NCBI RefSeq assembly: GCF_001194135.2
Contig: NC_068982.1
Coordinates: 96,340,640-96,404,639, forward strand
Direction: 5' to 3'
DNA from: Octopus bimaculoides
Taxonomy: Eukaryota
DNA length: 64,000 bases
Shown one piece after another: positions 49,039-63,740 of the stretch. Within the stretch, counting starts at the first letter, position 1; the number at the start of each line of letters is the position of its first letter. The notes under the pieces were generated by a model. That model made no database searches, was not told the origin of the DNA, and saw only the letters and a program-made list of their open reading frames with translations. Both the position numbers and the translations under genes were made by a program.

Positions 49039-52000
49039 GTTAACCTTACTACAATCATTGTCTTTTTTTTTTATGCCTCTGTGAGTGGCACATAATTCTT
49101 TTAGCTGACTAAACAACTTTCACTCTTGCTTACTCAGTCATGTTGCTAGTAATAGTTAGCGACCATCATCATCATCATTTAATGTCCGTTCTTTATGCTG
49201 ACATGGGTTATCCAGCTGTTAAAACAAATGCCTCATTTAAACTAATCCCTGCTAGCATGGAAATGGATATAAAACATCACCCCTGCTACCCTAAAAATGA
49301 CTTGACAGTTAATAACAGTGAGGTAATAATATTATTGATGTTATAAGTGGGTACCCTGTGTGGTTCAGGGATTATTTATTCACCAAATGAGCCCAGTTCA
49401 ACTCAATTTTCTTCACTGTTGGTTGGAACAGCTTTTACATTTGTTGTTTGAGCTCTAACTGTGGTTAAAAGATAATCAGAGAAGAGCTAACAGTACCCCT
49501 GATCTTTGTATGGCCTTACACCATCTGATGAGATTGATACATTTAATTCACAGCTTCAACATCTTAGGCATCAAAGCAGTCAGTGTTATGTTCTCCCTTT
49601 CTCTAAAGTTTCATGTCTACGTAAAAGATCAATATTTAGTTAATCTTTAGCTTATAATGATTTTATTCAGCATCAGTATTGTCGCCATTTAACATTCATT
49701 TTTCCAGGTTTGTATGTATTCTCCTGTCATCTCCTTCATGACATTCAGCTGAGTTCAACCTGTTTCTTTCCACATTCCTTTTAAAGTCTTCCTCTTTTAC
49801 AAGTTCCACTCCATTAGATTGTTTTTTTATAGTTTTTATCATGTTTCTACATATGAATAAATTTTAAAAATTGCTACAAGTTAATAATATCAAGTACAGG
49901 AAGTAGTGATAAAGGTATTTCCCAGAAGAATTGAGACAAAGAAGAGATAACATATCTTAACTGACTTATACTTAAAATATTCTGGACAGCAAATTGTATT
50001 CAATATATTCAATATATTAAACTACATTTCACAACCAGACATTGCCTAATGGAATGTACAGCATGGTCTCAGACTTGGGTGAGGTATACCATTGTGCAAG
50101 TTATTTGAGTATACGCAATAACAATAACAGCAACAAAATATAAAACTCCATCCTCTATATTTTTCTATCCAATATTTTGCTATTGTATTTAACAGTTCTG
50201 TCAATCACAATTTTATTTCAAAATCAATGTATCAATGAAAGAAAATTGATTTTTCTCACTGTTATCTTTCTGCTGAATGAATTTGATGTGTGTGTTGTCT
50301 CCACTTAGCAGTTGAGACGCTCATGCTGACCTGTGGCTTTGAAACACAAAAGAATTGTTCACAGGTCCAACACAAGATATGCAGGTAAAAATAAGGTGTT
50401 CAGTATAAAATTTATATATCCGATTATCTTGCGATAATCCTCTCATTATTGCGGACATGTTATTCTAATATTTAGCTATCAAAAGCCTACAATCTAAACT
50501 TTTACATTTGGCTATTGCATGAAGCAAGTTGATTCTTTCACTAGCTAAACTCCAAATAGTAGTTAAGCCGTGTAGAAAGAAAGGATGGAGTGATGTGCAG
50601 TTTACATAGAAGCATCAGTTGTTGGTTATATTTGAATGTTTGAGGATTATGTCATATGTTTCAATTCCATTATCATTTATCACCTGTCAATTCACTCATT
50701 CATAAACTTTATTCTTGTGTGAAAAGATCCAGTGTTGATTCCACAAACCACCAAACTAATTGTCCTATTCCCTCTTTCTCTGTTTTTTTCTTTTTCTTTT
50801 TTTTTTTTCTTGAAACTCTGCTATCAGATATGAAATATACATTAGATGTATTATGTTAAATAGATGTGAGAAATAATCCATGAATATAGAAGCTCTACAA
50901 ATGAATGGAAGAAGAGCATGTCCCTTTGAATATATGCTATTAACTTAAGAAAAAATGCTGAGCTTCAGTTACTTGAGAAAGTGGTTAGACATTGAAGATG
51001 TTGGTAGATGTGTGCAAAAGATGATTACGTTCATTTAGTTAAAGTCATCTGAATGAATGGTACATGTATTGGCTGAAAAGGTGTTGAGAGTTAATGGAAG
51101 AATGAACTTATGTTAGATATGGACTGAAGAAAACATGAAAATGTGACTAGAATAGAACTGAGAATATTGTGATTGTGTTTCCGACCCATCATTCACTGTG
51201 GTCCTGTACTTCCTGTCTTCATTCACTTCTGTATTGCTTCTTTCCACATATGAATTTAACTATTAACTCAAGTCTGCATGTTCTTAAGATTGAATAAAAT
51301 CTTTGGTTTTTGCATCTCCAGTGTCTAGATACAACAGAGAATATTGAGTCTCAAGGAAGCTATGATGCAATCAAGATACATGTAGAGATATTGCAAAGTC
51401 ATCTTAGTTTTGCCAGCAGGATAAAACATACATACAACCAATGATGACACACTATTAATGATACAACAATCTAGCTTCTTATAAACTAGTTTTTTTATTT
51501 GGCAAACTTTCCATTTTGTTTTCATTCTGGTTTTCTTTCATTTCTTTTTTCTCTTTCCTTTATTTTTTTCTTTCTTTACGTTTTTGTTGCTTATGTACTG
51601 TCTGTCTGAATTTCTTTCCTTTCTTCCTTTTTTGCCTCTTGCAGACATGAATCTTTTGATTGCCACTCAAATTTCAGAACTGACTGTTTTTATTATTAGG
51701 TTTTTTTTTTCAGCTTTAGTTCTCAAACCATTGCATTTGTTTCATAAATTTCTTTTCTTTTTTCTGTTTGTCTTATTCTCTATCATATTTTACCTTGGTT
51801 AAATGATGTCCATGTTAATATTCATAAATTATTTCTGTACATTTCACCAATGAATTGTCATCGTATAGTCATAGGATTAGACAGAAGATGGTAGCTGCTA
51901 TATTAAGTTAGTATGTATTAGTCAGTTTATCATATTTTTTTAATCCTTTTACTGATCGGAATCATTGGACTGTGGTTTTGCTAAGGCACTACATGGAAGG

Positions 52001-54329
52001 GTTTTAGTTGATCATATTGATTCCAGTACTTATTGTTTTATTTATCTCTAATAATTCTCTAAGTTATATATGAATGACAACCTTCTGCATAGTTTCCATC
52101 TACCAAATTATTTTCACAAAGCTTTGGCCAACTAGAGCCTACTGATGAAGACACTAACCCATTGTGTTATGTATAGGATCAAACTTGAAACCACATAGTT
52201 TCAAAGCAAACTTCTTAGCTGCATGGCTATAATTGCACCTTTTTAATAGTTATACTAAGTGGGAAAATGTGTGTGGTTAAGTTGACAGACTTTTGGACAT
52301 TCACTTTGTGTCACTGCATTGTGGCTATGTTTTTTAATCCCCAATTGTTAAGTCTTCTTTTTTGTAAATAGGTTCTATGTGGAAGTGCAGCACAAGTGTT
52401 GTAGGCAGGAAGGAAAATTTTTTTAATTGATGAGTATTTGATTATTTAATAATGTTGAATTTGATACACTAGTGTTCCTATCCAAAGAAAGGGATATCGC
52501 TTCACATTTAAACATTGAGAAGCTGGAATAATTAATCTGCAGCACACTTCCTGGCATGCAGAGGTAGTTAGCATAGACAGGAAATATGTCATAAAATATC
52601 TTGCACAAGTTCAGTTCGACAGTTACTCTCAATAATATTACAGATCTACTCCACCCCATCAACACACTAATTATTCCTAATTCTTGCTAAGTGTTGATTG
52701 AATCACAAGAAATGAATTTATGAAAGCTAAGTCAGAAGAACTTATGATCCTCCTTGCCAGAGATTATAAATTCAAATTCTACTGTTATTAGATAAACTTA
52801 GAGTGATGACATTTGGTTCAGTACTAATCAAGTATCTTAACAACTCAATTATTGTTACTAATTAAGAATTAGCTGCTAAGATTTAAATATAAATGATTAG
52901 ACACAATGTCTAATCATTTATAAACAGTTATTCAAAGCCTAAAAGAAGATAACAGATTCAATATGTCCTATCAGAAGACAAAGTACTCTTTTTTGCCTCA
53001 AATTGCTGCTTATAATGTCTATTATTATTTTTTTTTTTAATTATAATTGAGTTTAGGAATAGGGTTAAAATAAACTCTAACCATTAACTTACTCCACATC
53101 ATAAATGAATGCTCTTAGATTATTGTTTCTGAAATAGTGAAATAATTTTGTGTCTTCTCCATATTTCTATGACATTGTCATCCTTCATCCTTGTTCATAG
53201 TATGGCATTCCAGAGTTGTTACGAAAAACAAGACAAATTCCAGTGAAAAGGTCTTGCTTTATTTTTCTGCAGCATCAGTTAAATGTATTTGTAATGAAAA
53301 CAGGAAATGTACTGGATCTATTTCTCTTTTCGACCGAAATAGCAATAGAATTAGCTTTAACCTAGTGTGTGTGTGTGTGTGTGTGTGGTAGGGTATTTCT
53401 GTCTTTAAAAATTGCATTTTATTCATCCTCATCCCCCAGTTAAATTTTGGAGATATTTCTGCTTTGTTTTTAGACAAAGGCAGCAGACATGTCAAGTAAA
53501 TTAAACTGCCTCAATCTAAGTTAATATCATTCCATACCCCATAATGGCACTCCACTAGAAATGTCAGCTCATGTGTTCAACTTTCTGCTTCCAAGTAATT
53601 TCAGTAACATTATTTGACATAATAGCGCTGGCCATATTAATTGCTAACAAGTCTCTTGTTGTTATTTCTTCATATTTAAAATGGTATAAACTTTCAGGCT
53701 GAATCACTCTATGATTGTGATACAGCACTTGATAATGTACCTCAAATATCTAGTTCAAATATTTACTGTCACTCTGCACTTTATTGCCAATGATTAGTCA
53801 GGCACCATCACAAGTCTCTGCATCTATATGACTGTTACTCTTCCTCCCACATTTTTATATGCCAGCAATTTTGTAATATATTCTCCATGTTGAATAGAAA
53901 TAGTAACTTGTGTCTATTTATGCTTTGTTTACAATCATATTCAAGTTCCAAATATTTTTTAAAATAGATGCATATTACTGGCTAAAAGTGCTAAAAAGTG
54001 TTTGGAGTTCTATCAAAATCTTGGAAAATATATATATGTAAAAGTTGGCTGTCTGAGAAAACTACTGATTGTATTGGTTGAAAACATAAAAAGAGGCTTG
54101 TAGAATTTAGAGCCATTTTATTTTGCTCTAATTTCCTCAGGCTGTGCATTCAAAATGCTCCAGCTTAGCCAGAATTGAATAATTTCATTCTTTCTCATCC
54201 TATCATAGCTAGTATGTATATAAATATTGATTTTTTTTTAAACAGTGGCATGAGGCCACAAATTTGAGAGGACAAGGTAGAGAGAATTGAATTGACTATA
54301 CTTATTTTATTGATATTAGGCAGATGTAA

Positions 54330-54560
54330 AGTTAGCATTCAGATTATTCTGTCAAATGTAATGCTTATTTATTCACATTATTTTGAATTAATCATGCATT
54401 GTCTTGTAGCTTCAAGATTTCAATGATGTGATTGTTTATTTTTTGAATGACATTGTTGAGTAGGTGTGAGAGATTGGATCTGGTCAGTTTGAACATAAAA
54501 CAGGTAGAAAGGCATTGTCTCCAGGCAAATTTGTCAGAACAAAGCTTGTCAATCAAATAT
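54330..54560 (-). mobile_element. TTAA-MITE family 2 copy
   Basis: Reverse complement of 10150-10367 (TTAGCATTCAGATT...TTTGAACATAAAACAGGTAGAA). Confidence 0.75.
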
Positions 54561-57205
54561 GTATTTTTAAAAAAGTACAAATTCTGAAAAATAAAGCTAA
54601 GGGAACTGGTTCATGTTATTGAGAAAATGGAACTAAAACCTGTAATTATCATTGGGAAATGGTTCAATAAATATGCATACAAAGTTATGTCCCTATGGAT
54701 TTACTCTTGCTGTGAAATTAAGCCTTCTTTGGTTAGAAAAAAGGTTTTCTTAACAGCATGGAATTCAAATTGAGCCACCTTGTTTTGCTGCCCTTATGGC
54801 TGATTAAGTTTTGCTTATCTGAATTTTCCTGTTATTGTAACATGTGCTATATGATAGCAACACCAAGAAAGGTAGAAGAAATAGAGATTGCATGAGATAT
54901 ATTTACACAGGCATTAATTTGGAAAATGGAAAGATTTGCATTCTTATTTTTCCCAAGTTGTTAAACATTTGTAGCGGCAGGCTACTTATTAGAATGTGAC
55001 CAATAGTTATTATGAATGGCAATGTAGGTTATGAATTAAAAATAAGTGTCCAGACAGTCATACCTATATGAATTACAATTTTATTATGAATAAATTTTTG
55101 ATTCTGACTAAGTATGTAATCTTTGTGTTTTATTAGCATTTCATTTATAATCAAGTTCAAGGATTCTAATGTTTATAACAGTTTTGATTAAAAACTTGGA
55201 CAACTCACAATCATTGCTTGTTTTCCATTTTGGATTCTTTTGTTTATTTTACTGGTTTCAGTCATTTTTAGCATTATAGACCATGCTCCAGCATGGCCAC
55301 AATTAGTACTTAATATCATGTGTTCTGTCAATTTATTTGCTAAGCTTCTATACTATCCAAATAATTTCATGATAAATCATAAATAATTTGTACTATGTTA
55401 AAGAAAATTAAATCTCTTTAAATCTTGTTTGAAATTTTTAAAAAATAAATAAAACAGGAATTTCTGAATTTTTCAGATTTTTAAAAATAATTTTTACCTT
55501 TCAGATAGATATTAAAATGTGTCTGGGTTTGTTATTACACAGAATTACAGTGGGATCCAAACAAGCATTGGCTTAATCTCTTGTCTATCTCACTCTTCAA
55601 ATAGTTTTGCCCCAACCTCTAAGGAAGGTGGTTATTGTTGAATTGTACAAATATTAGCATAAAGATGTCAGCTATAACTGTGGCCTGTAAATATATTGAA
55701 GTATAAATGTTGTGTCATCTTTATTGGGTCATTAGTTAGTCACATAGAACGGAACATGCAGACAAGAGATACTCTACATGGTTGCTTGACCTGCTTGAAA
55801 TAATCAAGCCCTCCTCAAATTACACCCTGTTGCCTTAAGAGGACATATCAGAAATTTCATTGAGGTATACTGTTCATAAAGAAAGATGATGGTCATGGCT
55901 TGACTATCTTTAATCTATACGTTTGAGTAGGACTGATTTAAGAGTGCAGACTTTCCAGTCAGTCTGCCAGAGCTCATTCTTGAAGTTTTAGACATGTCTT
56001 CAAATTTCTATAAAGTAAAATAATCAGGAATTGAACTTGTGTAACAGACTTAGATCCCTATGAGTTTAGTATAACTTTTAGGTGCGCACTTACACACACG
56101 TGCACACATGCATGTGTGTCTATACATATTTTACTTGTTTCAGTCATTTGACTGTGGCCATGCTGGAGCACTGAATGTTACATCTTAGCACCTCGGACCA
56201 ATGCGTTACCTACACATTTTGTGGCCATAGTTGGTATCAGATATGGATTTAATGAATGTCTGTTTTGTCTTTTGCTTTTTTTTTTTTTTTAAGAAACAAA
56301 GAATAAAATTAAGGACAAATTTGAAGATTAGCACTGACTGATATTACGATAAACCAAGGAGGTCCACATTGGATGATATGATTTTAGATGTCTAGTGGAA
56401 AACACTTCATCTTTGATTATAGGTCTGGTTAATCAGAACTAACATGAGGCTAGTGTTAGAAGTCTTTCATCGTCAAGGGAATCCTAGAACATTACATTTA
56501 AAGTGAAGGTTTGTGGCATTGTATTAGAGCTTTAATATATTTTTTTATATAAATCTTAATGATGAAGCAAAGATGTGTCAATTGTTCTGCTGGATGGATC
56601 AACAGTGAGAAATTGTAGTCTCTCTTTGTTTTGTTGGAAAGTTTATTTGGTATTGCTGGTAGAACTATAAATATGAGTTACTGTCTGCTAAATTTGCTGA
56701 CTTCAGCTCTGATACATATCACTATGTACTTAATCTATACCGTTCTTTTAGCATTTGATTCTATAGAACTCCTGGCCGCCTCTCTTATTCAGACCATATC
56801 CATTCATAATCTTCAAAGACTTCTTATTTTCAGTACCCCTTCATTCTCCATGCCTGTATGATTGATTCAGATATTTTCTCTTTCTAATTTAATATTTACT
56901 TATTCACAGATCCAGCCTTTCTACATGTAGAGTTGTTGATATTGACATGTCAGCTGATATTTTTCCTTCTGATGTAGATCTGATCTGTGGAAAATTTCAA
57001 TCCTGTTAGTCATTATTGTTGTTAGGAGCACCCTATAAATCAACATCAGAATATGCCATACTTCCATCTTCCCATCTTCACTGAAACCATGATGGCAGGC
57101 AGTGTTTGGGCCATGTGTGTTGCTGTAGGATTGTCAGGGCATGTTGCATTTGTTTTTCATGTTTGGTTTGTTCTTACATAGCTGTTCCATTTATATTTAT
57201 GTATA

Positions 57206-57401
57206 TGAGGGGGTGCTGAAAAGTTCCTGGCTTTGAAGGTATCATGAAAGGCCTGGTTAGAGGCCCACCTTTGTGAGTCCTTTTACTGAAGGATCACTGC
57301 AATAAGTGTGTGAATCCAGGAGGGAAATATGTTGAATAAAATCATAATTAACTGATCCTCCAGTACTTTCTTTTATCCAAAGCCAGGAACTTTTCAGCCC
57401 C
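57206..57401 (+). mobile_element. Mariner-derived mini-element (MITE)
   Basis: TIRs GGGG(T)GCTGAAAAGTTCCTGGCTTT / AAAGCCAGGAACTTTTCAGCCCC, TA on the left, and an internal remnant HCNKCVNPGGKYVE* matching the mariner C-terminal KC....G.YVE*. Confidence 0.85.
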
Positions 57402-57445
57402 TGCCCCCATCCCCAAATTTCAGAGCTTGTGTCATTAGTAGGAAA

Positions 57446-57495
<50 letters not shown>

Positions 57496-57638
57496 CCTGA
57501 GTTCAGATCCCACCAAGATCAACTTTGCCTTTCATCCTTTTGTGGTCAACAAAATAAAGTACCTGTCAAATACTGCTGTCAGTGATACTAACTAATGCCT
57601 TCCCTTAAAATTGCTGACCTTGTACTTAAATCAGAAAC

Positions 57639-57674
<36 letters not shown>

Positions 57675-57899
57675 CATTACTATTATTATTACTAGAAATC
57701 ATCACCAACATCTACATTAGTATTTTTATAATTTTTCCCTTTTTTGATCCAAGAATCTTTAAACTACATCTTACTGTCTTTAGGAGCAAATTGTAGCTCA
57801 TAATTCTGTGTCTTAAAACTTTTTATATTTTATTTAGCATTTAATCAAAATCTTATTGTCTTGCTTCTGTTAATAACGTAGATTTTTAGAGATATTTCA

Positions 57900-59400
57900 T
57901 TCTAATTTAGTTATCTAAAAATCTTAACACCATTATCTTTACTGACTACATACTTGCCACCACCTGCTTCATATCCCAATTATCTCCCATCTAGTCGTCG
58001 TCTTCCTTGATCTCAATTTTAGTGTCCCCATGTGTTGCAATGCTAAATATTCCTCATTAATTTCACGATTACAATAATGAATCTCTTAGAGACATTGGAT
58101 GGTAACATCTTAATAGATTTTGATATCCTTAAACTGTGTGGTTGACGTTGGTACCATTTTTCTGTTCATTCTCATTAACACTTTCCACACAAGGGAGACC
58201 CTGCTACTGTAGTTTTCAATCTAATTTTTTGTGCTTTCTCAGTTGTGTTGCACTTTAACCTTCTTTTTGTTTTTCCCTTTTGCACATTTTAAACTGAAGA
58301 GACTTGGTAGGTTTGTGTATTCAAGTTAGTTGTAGTTTTGTTTTATGTTTTTTTTCTCAGGGCCTGTTCATATAATATACTGCCAATGTCAGTTCTTCAG
58401 CTGAGTGCCTCAGGTCTGATTTCTTATCCTTGACCTTGATTAATTGAGATCCATTCATTTCTCTAGCTCCTTAAAAAAAAATGTCCTATATTTTCTTTTC
58501 TTGTCTAGTATTAATTCTCTTGCTACAATAATTCTTTCATCTTCCCCTAATCTCTTCCAACAATAATTTTATACTCTTTCTTACATGCTTATGCTGTGCT
58601 ATTTTTTATCACTTTATACATATTCTTAGCAGTTAATTATTCTTCTCTCTACTATTATTCTAACAATATAGATCTTGATAATATACCAAAGGGTGTAATA
58701 TTCCATATATGGGTATCCTTTTAAAGGGATTAGTGGTGAGTTCTTATCTAAACTAATCTCTTCCTTATTCCATTTTAGGACTTCTCTGTTATATCATGAA
58801 AGAGATATAATCCATGTGTTGGTGGTTAGAATATTATTTTTATCATTTGGTTTAGCTTTAATTGTTAATTTTAACCTTCTCAAAGTATTTCCTTCTAAAA
58901 CATGCATGAAAGTTACCTTTATCTACTCTAACTCTTATACTGTTAGCCTTTGTATCTCCATATTTTATGATTTCCTCATCTTGTAATTGTATCCCATTAT
59001 GTTCTAGTTGCTTTTCCTTTCATTATTAAACTCCACATTTTAACAAACAAACAAAAAATTCCATTTCAATATTTTCCCTACACCCATATTTGTACAAAAG
59101 TATCTATATGGTCTTCTTTGCAAAAAGTTTCAGTTTCATGTCATTCATAAGAATGATTGCCTTTAGTTATATACATGTTCCTTACCGTACTTAGTAGCAA
59201 TGTTAAAAGTATTACACGTATATAAAATTTCAGAGGTAAAAGGAACAAGTTGAAAGATTCCTCCATTCATCTTAATACTTCCGCCCCTTCACCAGAATAG
59301 CTTAATTTTGTTTTCCATTTATTCACACTCTTTCAATTAACTTTTTTCTTTTTATATCCTATGTTATCCCTGCCATCTCTCTAAGTATTCTATTATCTTT
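57900..59400 (-). mobile_element. Highly degenerate LINE remnant
   Basis: Strand-biased stretch; near 57950-58050 the minus strand reads GTLKLRSRKTTTRWE, similar to the G.R.RGRP..RW C-terminal motif. Confidence 0.35.
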
Positions 59401-59789
59401 GGCATCCTTTCTGCTCTAGTGATATTATATATCTTGGCTGTCTGCATATTTATGTGTAGCATTAGCTATTATACCTGTCAGTAACTTCCACATTGTTGGG
59501 AGACATAGCAGTTTAAAATAGTCAGCTGTATTGCATTTGTTTAGGTCCTTCAAACACAGAGTAATTTTACCTTGTGCCATCATTCTTGCTGAGGTTGTCT
59601 ATATATCTGTTAATTGTTAAGTTACTTTCATATAACAGAAAGTTGGAATTTTTAACCAATCCATTTACACCCCATCCCCCCAATACTAAACACTTTTCAG
59701 TTGGGTGTCTTACTGCAATATATCTATATGTATTCTTCTGTTTATATGGTCAGATTTGTTGATATTTCTTACAACTTGGCATAGTATCT

Positions 59790-59790
59790 C

Positions 59791-59831
<41 letters not shown>

Positions 59832-60375
59832 GAGTGAGAAAACAGTGCATGCCATCAAAGTGACACTGGGGTACAATTATACAAAGCTCAATATACCCAT
59901 CACGACTACCCATCTGATAAGAGTACACCAGGCACATGCATCACAACCACATGTACGTGACATGGTAATCTTATATCAAGTTAAACAGTGCATGACCTTG
60001 CAGGTGGGGCCCAGTTAGAGTTTTCGTCAGGTTGAGTAGCCCATCCCACTCAAAAGGTTCCTTTATTAAAGTTTGTTTAAGGATGATGATTGAAACACCC
60101 ATGTTTCCAGAGATGAATAATTCAAAACCCAAAGAATTCTTCTCAACACATGGCTATGATGCTCCCCTACTACTTCTACTCATGATCAGAGATGCACATA
60201 TCGTCAGTCACTAAGGGACATGCTCAACTGGTTATGGTCAAACAACTGACAAGCAAGTCTGTGGTATTGAGCAGAATATTTACTGTAGCCCATCTTTTAT
60301 ACCAAGACAAAACAACGTACATGATAACACTTCCAGTCAGTTAAGATCAGAAGCCATGAGAGCCACTGCCTGGTA
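59790..60375 (-). mobile_element. ~550-bp non-coding retroposon with (AAT)n tail
   Basis: GC-richer block from TACCAGGCAGTGGCTCTCATGG to GATGGCATGCACTG...CACTC(AAT)n, flanked on both sides by (TTA)n. Confidence 0.65.
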
Positions 60376-61019
60376 TTTTATTATTATTATTATTATTATT
60401 TTTATTCATAATTAATTATGGCATTTGTATTGTTCCAGTTCCTGCTTATTTCATTATTTACTCTGTGGAACATAGTTCCTTATTTTCTAATCTTTTGTTT
60501 AAGTTTTCTAAATTTGGTTGCTTGAGTCCTGAGTTTCTATTTAAGTTCCTCTCTATTATGGCAGAGTGTCTCTTTTTTCAAAGATCAAAGACCATGATGC
60601 ATTTTCAATATTCCATTCTTATATCCTTCTCTTGTAAAACATGAAAGTACCTACACAATCTTTTGTGCTGTTTTTGTTTGCTTCTGTTAGTTCTGTTTTA
60701 ATTTTTGCTTTCTTTGTTACGGCAGCGTTTAGTAACCTGTTTGCCTGTATAATATTATAAACCTATTGTATCCTGCTTTCATTAACTTTATCTGTGACTA
60801 AATCTTTCTGATTATCTGTTTAATAGAATCTTATCCAAATTCACCTTTTATAAAGTCGTCTTCTATTCTTGTTGTGTCTTTGTTTCCTCAATTGTCCATC
60901 CATTTTTCTCACCATTCACTTCTTTTGGTAGATATTTTAAGGCTTTTCATGCAGTTCATTTCCTTATTTTCTGTTATTAGTTATTGAATAGGCATCTTCT
61001 ATTATAGTCTGTGAGTAGA

Positions 61020-61370
61020 ATTTGGGAGATGTAAAATGTAATCTAATTAACAGTTGGGGTGGATGTACCAAAAGCAGTGTAGCAAGAGTAAGAATGAGAT
61101 GGAATAAAATTCAGGGAGCTATTACTTTTCTGATAAAAAGGAGTTTCTCTTTACAGTTAAAGAGAAGACTGTTTGATGCCTGTTGTTGCATTGTAGCAAG
61201 ATATGGATTTTAAAATACAGAATATTTGTAACGGCTAGAAATAAATGATGGAAATATGTGCTACTGGTTGTATAATGTTTAGTATACATGGAATGATGGA
61301 GGTATAAATGAATTAAGAGAGAAACTGGGGATAAGAGAAATTGCATATAGTGTGCAAGAAAGATAGTGCT
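61020..61370 (+). mobile_element. Degenerate RTE LINE fragment
   Basis: GGCTKSSVARVRMRWNK...SLQLKRRLFDAC matches the RTE post-RT GGC...V.AR.R..W.K...SL..KGRLYDAC pattern. Confidence 0.75.
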
Positions 61371-62944
61371 GTGATGTCTATAAAGAATGTCACTTTGTAA
61401 TTAAGAAGTGGTGTGTGTGTGTCTGTCTGTCTGTGTCCATGCCCATGCTCATGCATATGTGTGTATTTGTTTCTTTTCTTGACATTGTGCGATATTTGTC
61501 AACTAATATCACCGTCATACAAGTGGTGTGATTCATTTGCAACCTTTTGTGATTTGCTTTCATATTTGAAAGACCGAGGGAAATATTACGTTGTCTGGTA
61601 AAAAATGGAAGTCAGTAAAAGGAAGGGCATCTGACCCTAGAAAATCTGTCACAGTGAATTTTGTCTGACCCATACAAGCATAGAAAAGTGAATGGTGCTG
61701 ATGATGATATATATACATATATATAAATATAGTGGTTCAGCAAAAGAGACCGATAGAATAAGTACTAGGCTTACAAAGAATAAGTCCTGGGGTCGATTTG
61801 CTCGACTAAAGGTGGTGCTCCAGCATGGCCACAGTCAAATGACTGAAACAAGTAAAAGAGTATCTATCTTTTGCTAATGTATATTGAGAAAAGACATAAA
61901 CATCAACAAAAAAGTCAAAAGATTGATGATTTACAAATGAAGTTTAAGTTGTTCCATATTCAGTTAGACATTCCTTTATCTCTCTCACTGTCAAACATAC
62001 AGTGAACCTACAATTGGCTTGCTTGGACCTATCATCAATGATGCTTTCTGTCACAAAGTGTGATATATAAAAGAAATAACACAAGTATTTATGGTTGACT
62101 TTAATTCTGTTGTCACTCGTAAAATAAAATGGTAACCATGGGTGCCAAAGAAAAATTTATTTTTATTGTTATTGTTATGGTCATTTCATCTTCTTACCTG
62201 TTTGGATCTGTAGGAAGGGTCTACGTAGTTGAGACTAATTTTCATTCTTTATTGATTATAAATAATAGAATTGATCCACTTCATAATTAATAAACATTTT
62301 TTTACATCTGTGCATGACTTCTAGATGTCTAAGTGATGAGTTAAATAAACCTTTAAGGTATCTGATTTGGTGTATCACATAGTTATTGGTGTTAGTAGCA
62401 GAGGTGGATGGTAGATGTTTTAAGAGACAGTTTAATGATGTAATAAAATTCATTACAATACTAGGCCATCACCTTTGTGTGATAGGCTGGTAAAATGTTA
62501 CCTAATTAGTCTCCTGTATATTGCCACTCATCTTTCTTGATTAGTTTGGGCACTAATTTCCATCTTATCAAACAGCTGTTAGCATTTCACCAGGTTGTTT
62601 ATTGGACTAGTTTGTCATGCTCCCTAATCTCATGTTCATCCCAACCTGCCTTGTCTAGCAGTGATAGTATTTTATGTCTTTAACATTTGACATCAATATT
62701 AAATAATTAAGTTTTTATCACTTATTTTCCTCTCATAATTCTACATCAGCAGTAATGGCAATTTTGAGCAATTAAGGTGTTTTGCAATAAAAATGGTATA
62801 AACTAGCTTCTTTTGAACAAGATGAATTATGTTACATAAATTGCCAGGAGGTTTTTGTTGCCTTCTTTAGCTCTGTGAGCATATTTGACTTGATACTTGT
62901 AAATTAACAAAACAGGCTGGAGTCAATAAAGAAGGTTGGATGCA

Positions 62945-63210
62945 ATTGTTCTTTCAACTGCTAGGCTGTGGCACTTTTTCACACAGCTATCCTCATCCAT
63001 TCTCGCCAAATGACCATACCAGCACAATCGTCTCTCTTGCACACCACAACTGATGCTTCTTAGGTCCAACTTTTCTCTCAAGGTACTTACACTCTGTCGA
63101 GTATGCACACTGACATTACACATCCATCGGAGCATACTGGCTTCATTCCTTGCGAGCTTACACATTTCCTCAGCAGTCACAGCCCATGTTTCACTGCCAT
63201 GTAGCATGAG
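62945..63210 (-). pseudogene. RTE LINE C-terminal fragment
   Basis: ORF MLHGSETWAV...RNEASMLRWMCNVSV...LREKLDLRSISCGVQERRLCWYGHLARMDEDSCVKKC. Confidence 0.92.
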
Positions 63211-63239
63211 ATTAATAATTTCCTCTGTAAAATTATTTA

Positions 63240-63740
63240 CCTTCCTTTCTTCTACCAGTTTTTTGTTCAGATTTTCCTGATAGTATTACACCCTCACGTG
63301 ATGAAATATCTCTAAATACTTTGTTGATAACTTCATGGTTTCTTATGATGGTAATTTGCATGGCTTCATACTACAGCAATACATGCTAACTATTAATTTT
63401 CTTCCAAAAATGGCTTGAGTACCTTCAAGTAAAAAGTTCAAAATTTTGGTAACATTTGATTGAAAAATTCACAAGAAGGTTATTGATGCTGGTACCTGAA
63501 GTAAGTCTGTAAGAATAGAATTCCTTGTATTCTCATCAAGAAAGTAAATTTTATCATGTTTATCTGTTATAAGTTTAAGACTTGTGTCTTTACCAACATC
63601 TGCAGGTTCTAGGTCACAGATACCTTCATTAGACAGTAATGATAAAAACTCAGTAAGACTTTGCTTCATTTTTGGCAGATATGTTTAGTGAGTTTAAGTA
63701 ACCATTCTGTGTATAATTCCTTGCTAAACAGTCAGTAGTT
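63240..63740 (-). mobile_element. Degenerate LTR-retrotransposon gag-like relic
   Basis: KELYTEW..LT / KQ...FLSL....DLEPAD..KDTSLKLITDKHDKIYFLDENTR / SINN..VNF / L.EGT.A resembles the invertebrate gag pattern KE...W..LT.L...KQ...LSL...LD..Y..D...SM..YI.EF...LP..VLA. Recognised from memory. Confidence 0.45.
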
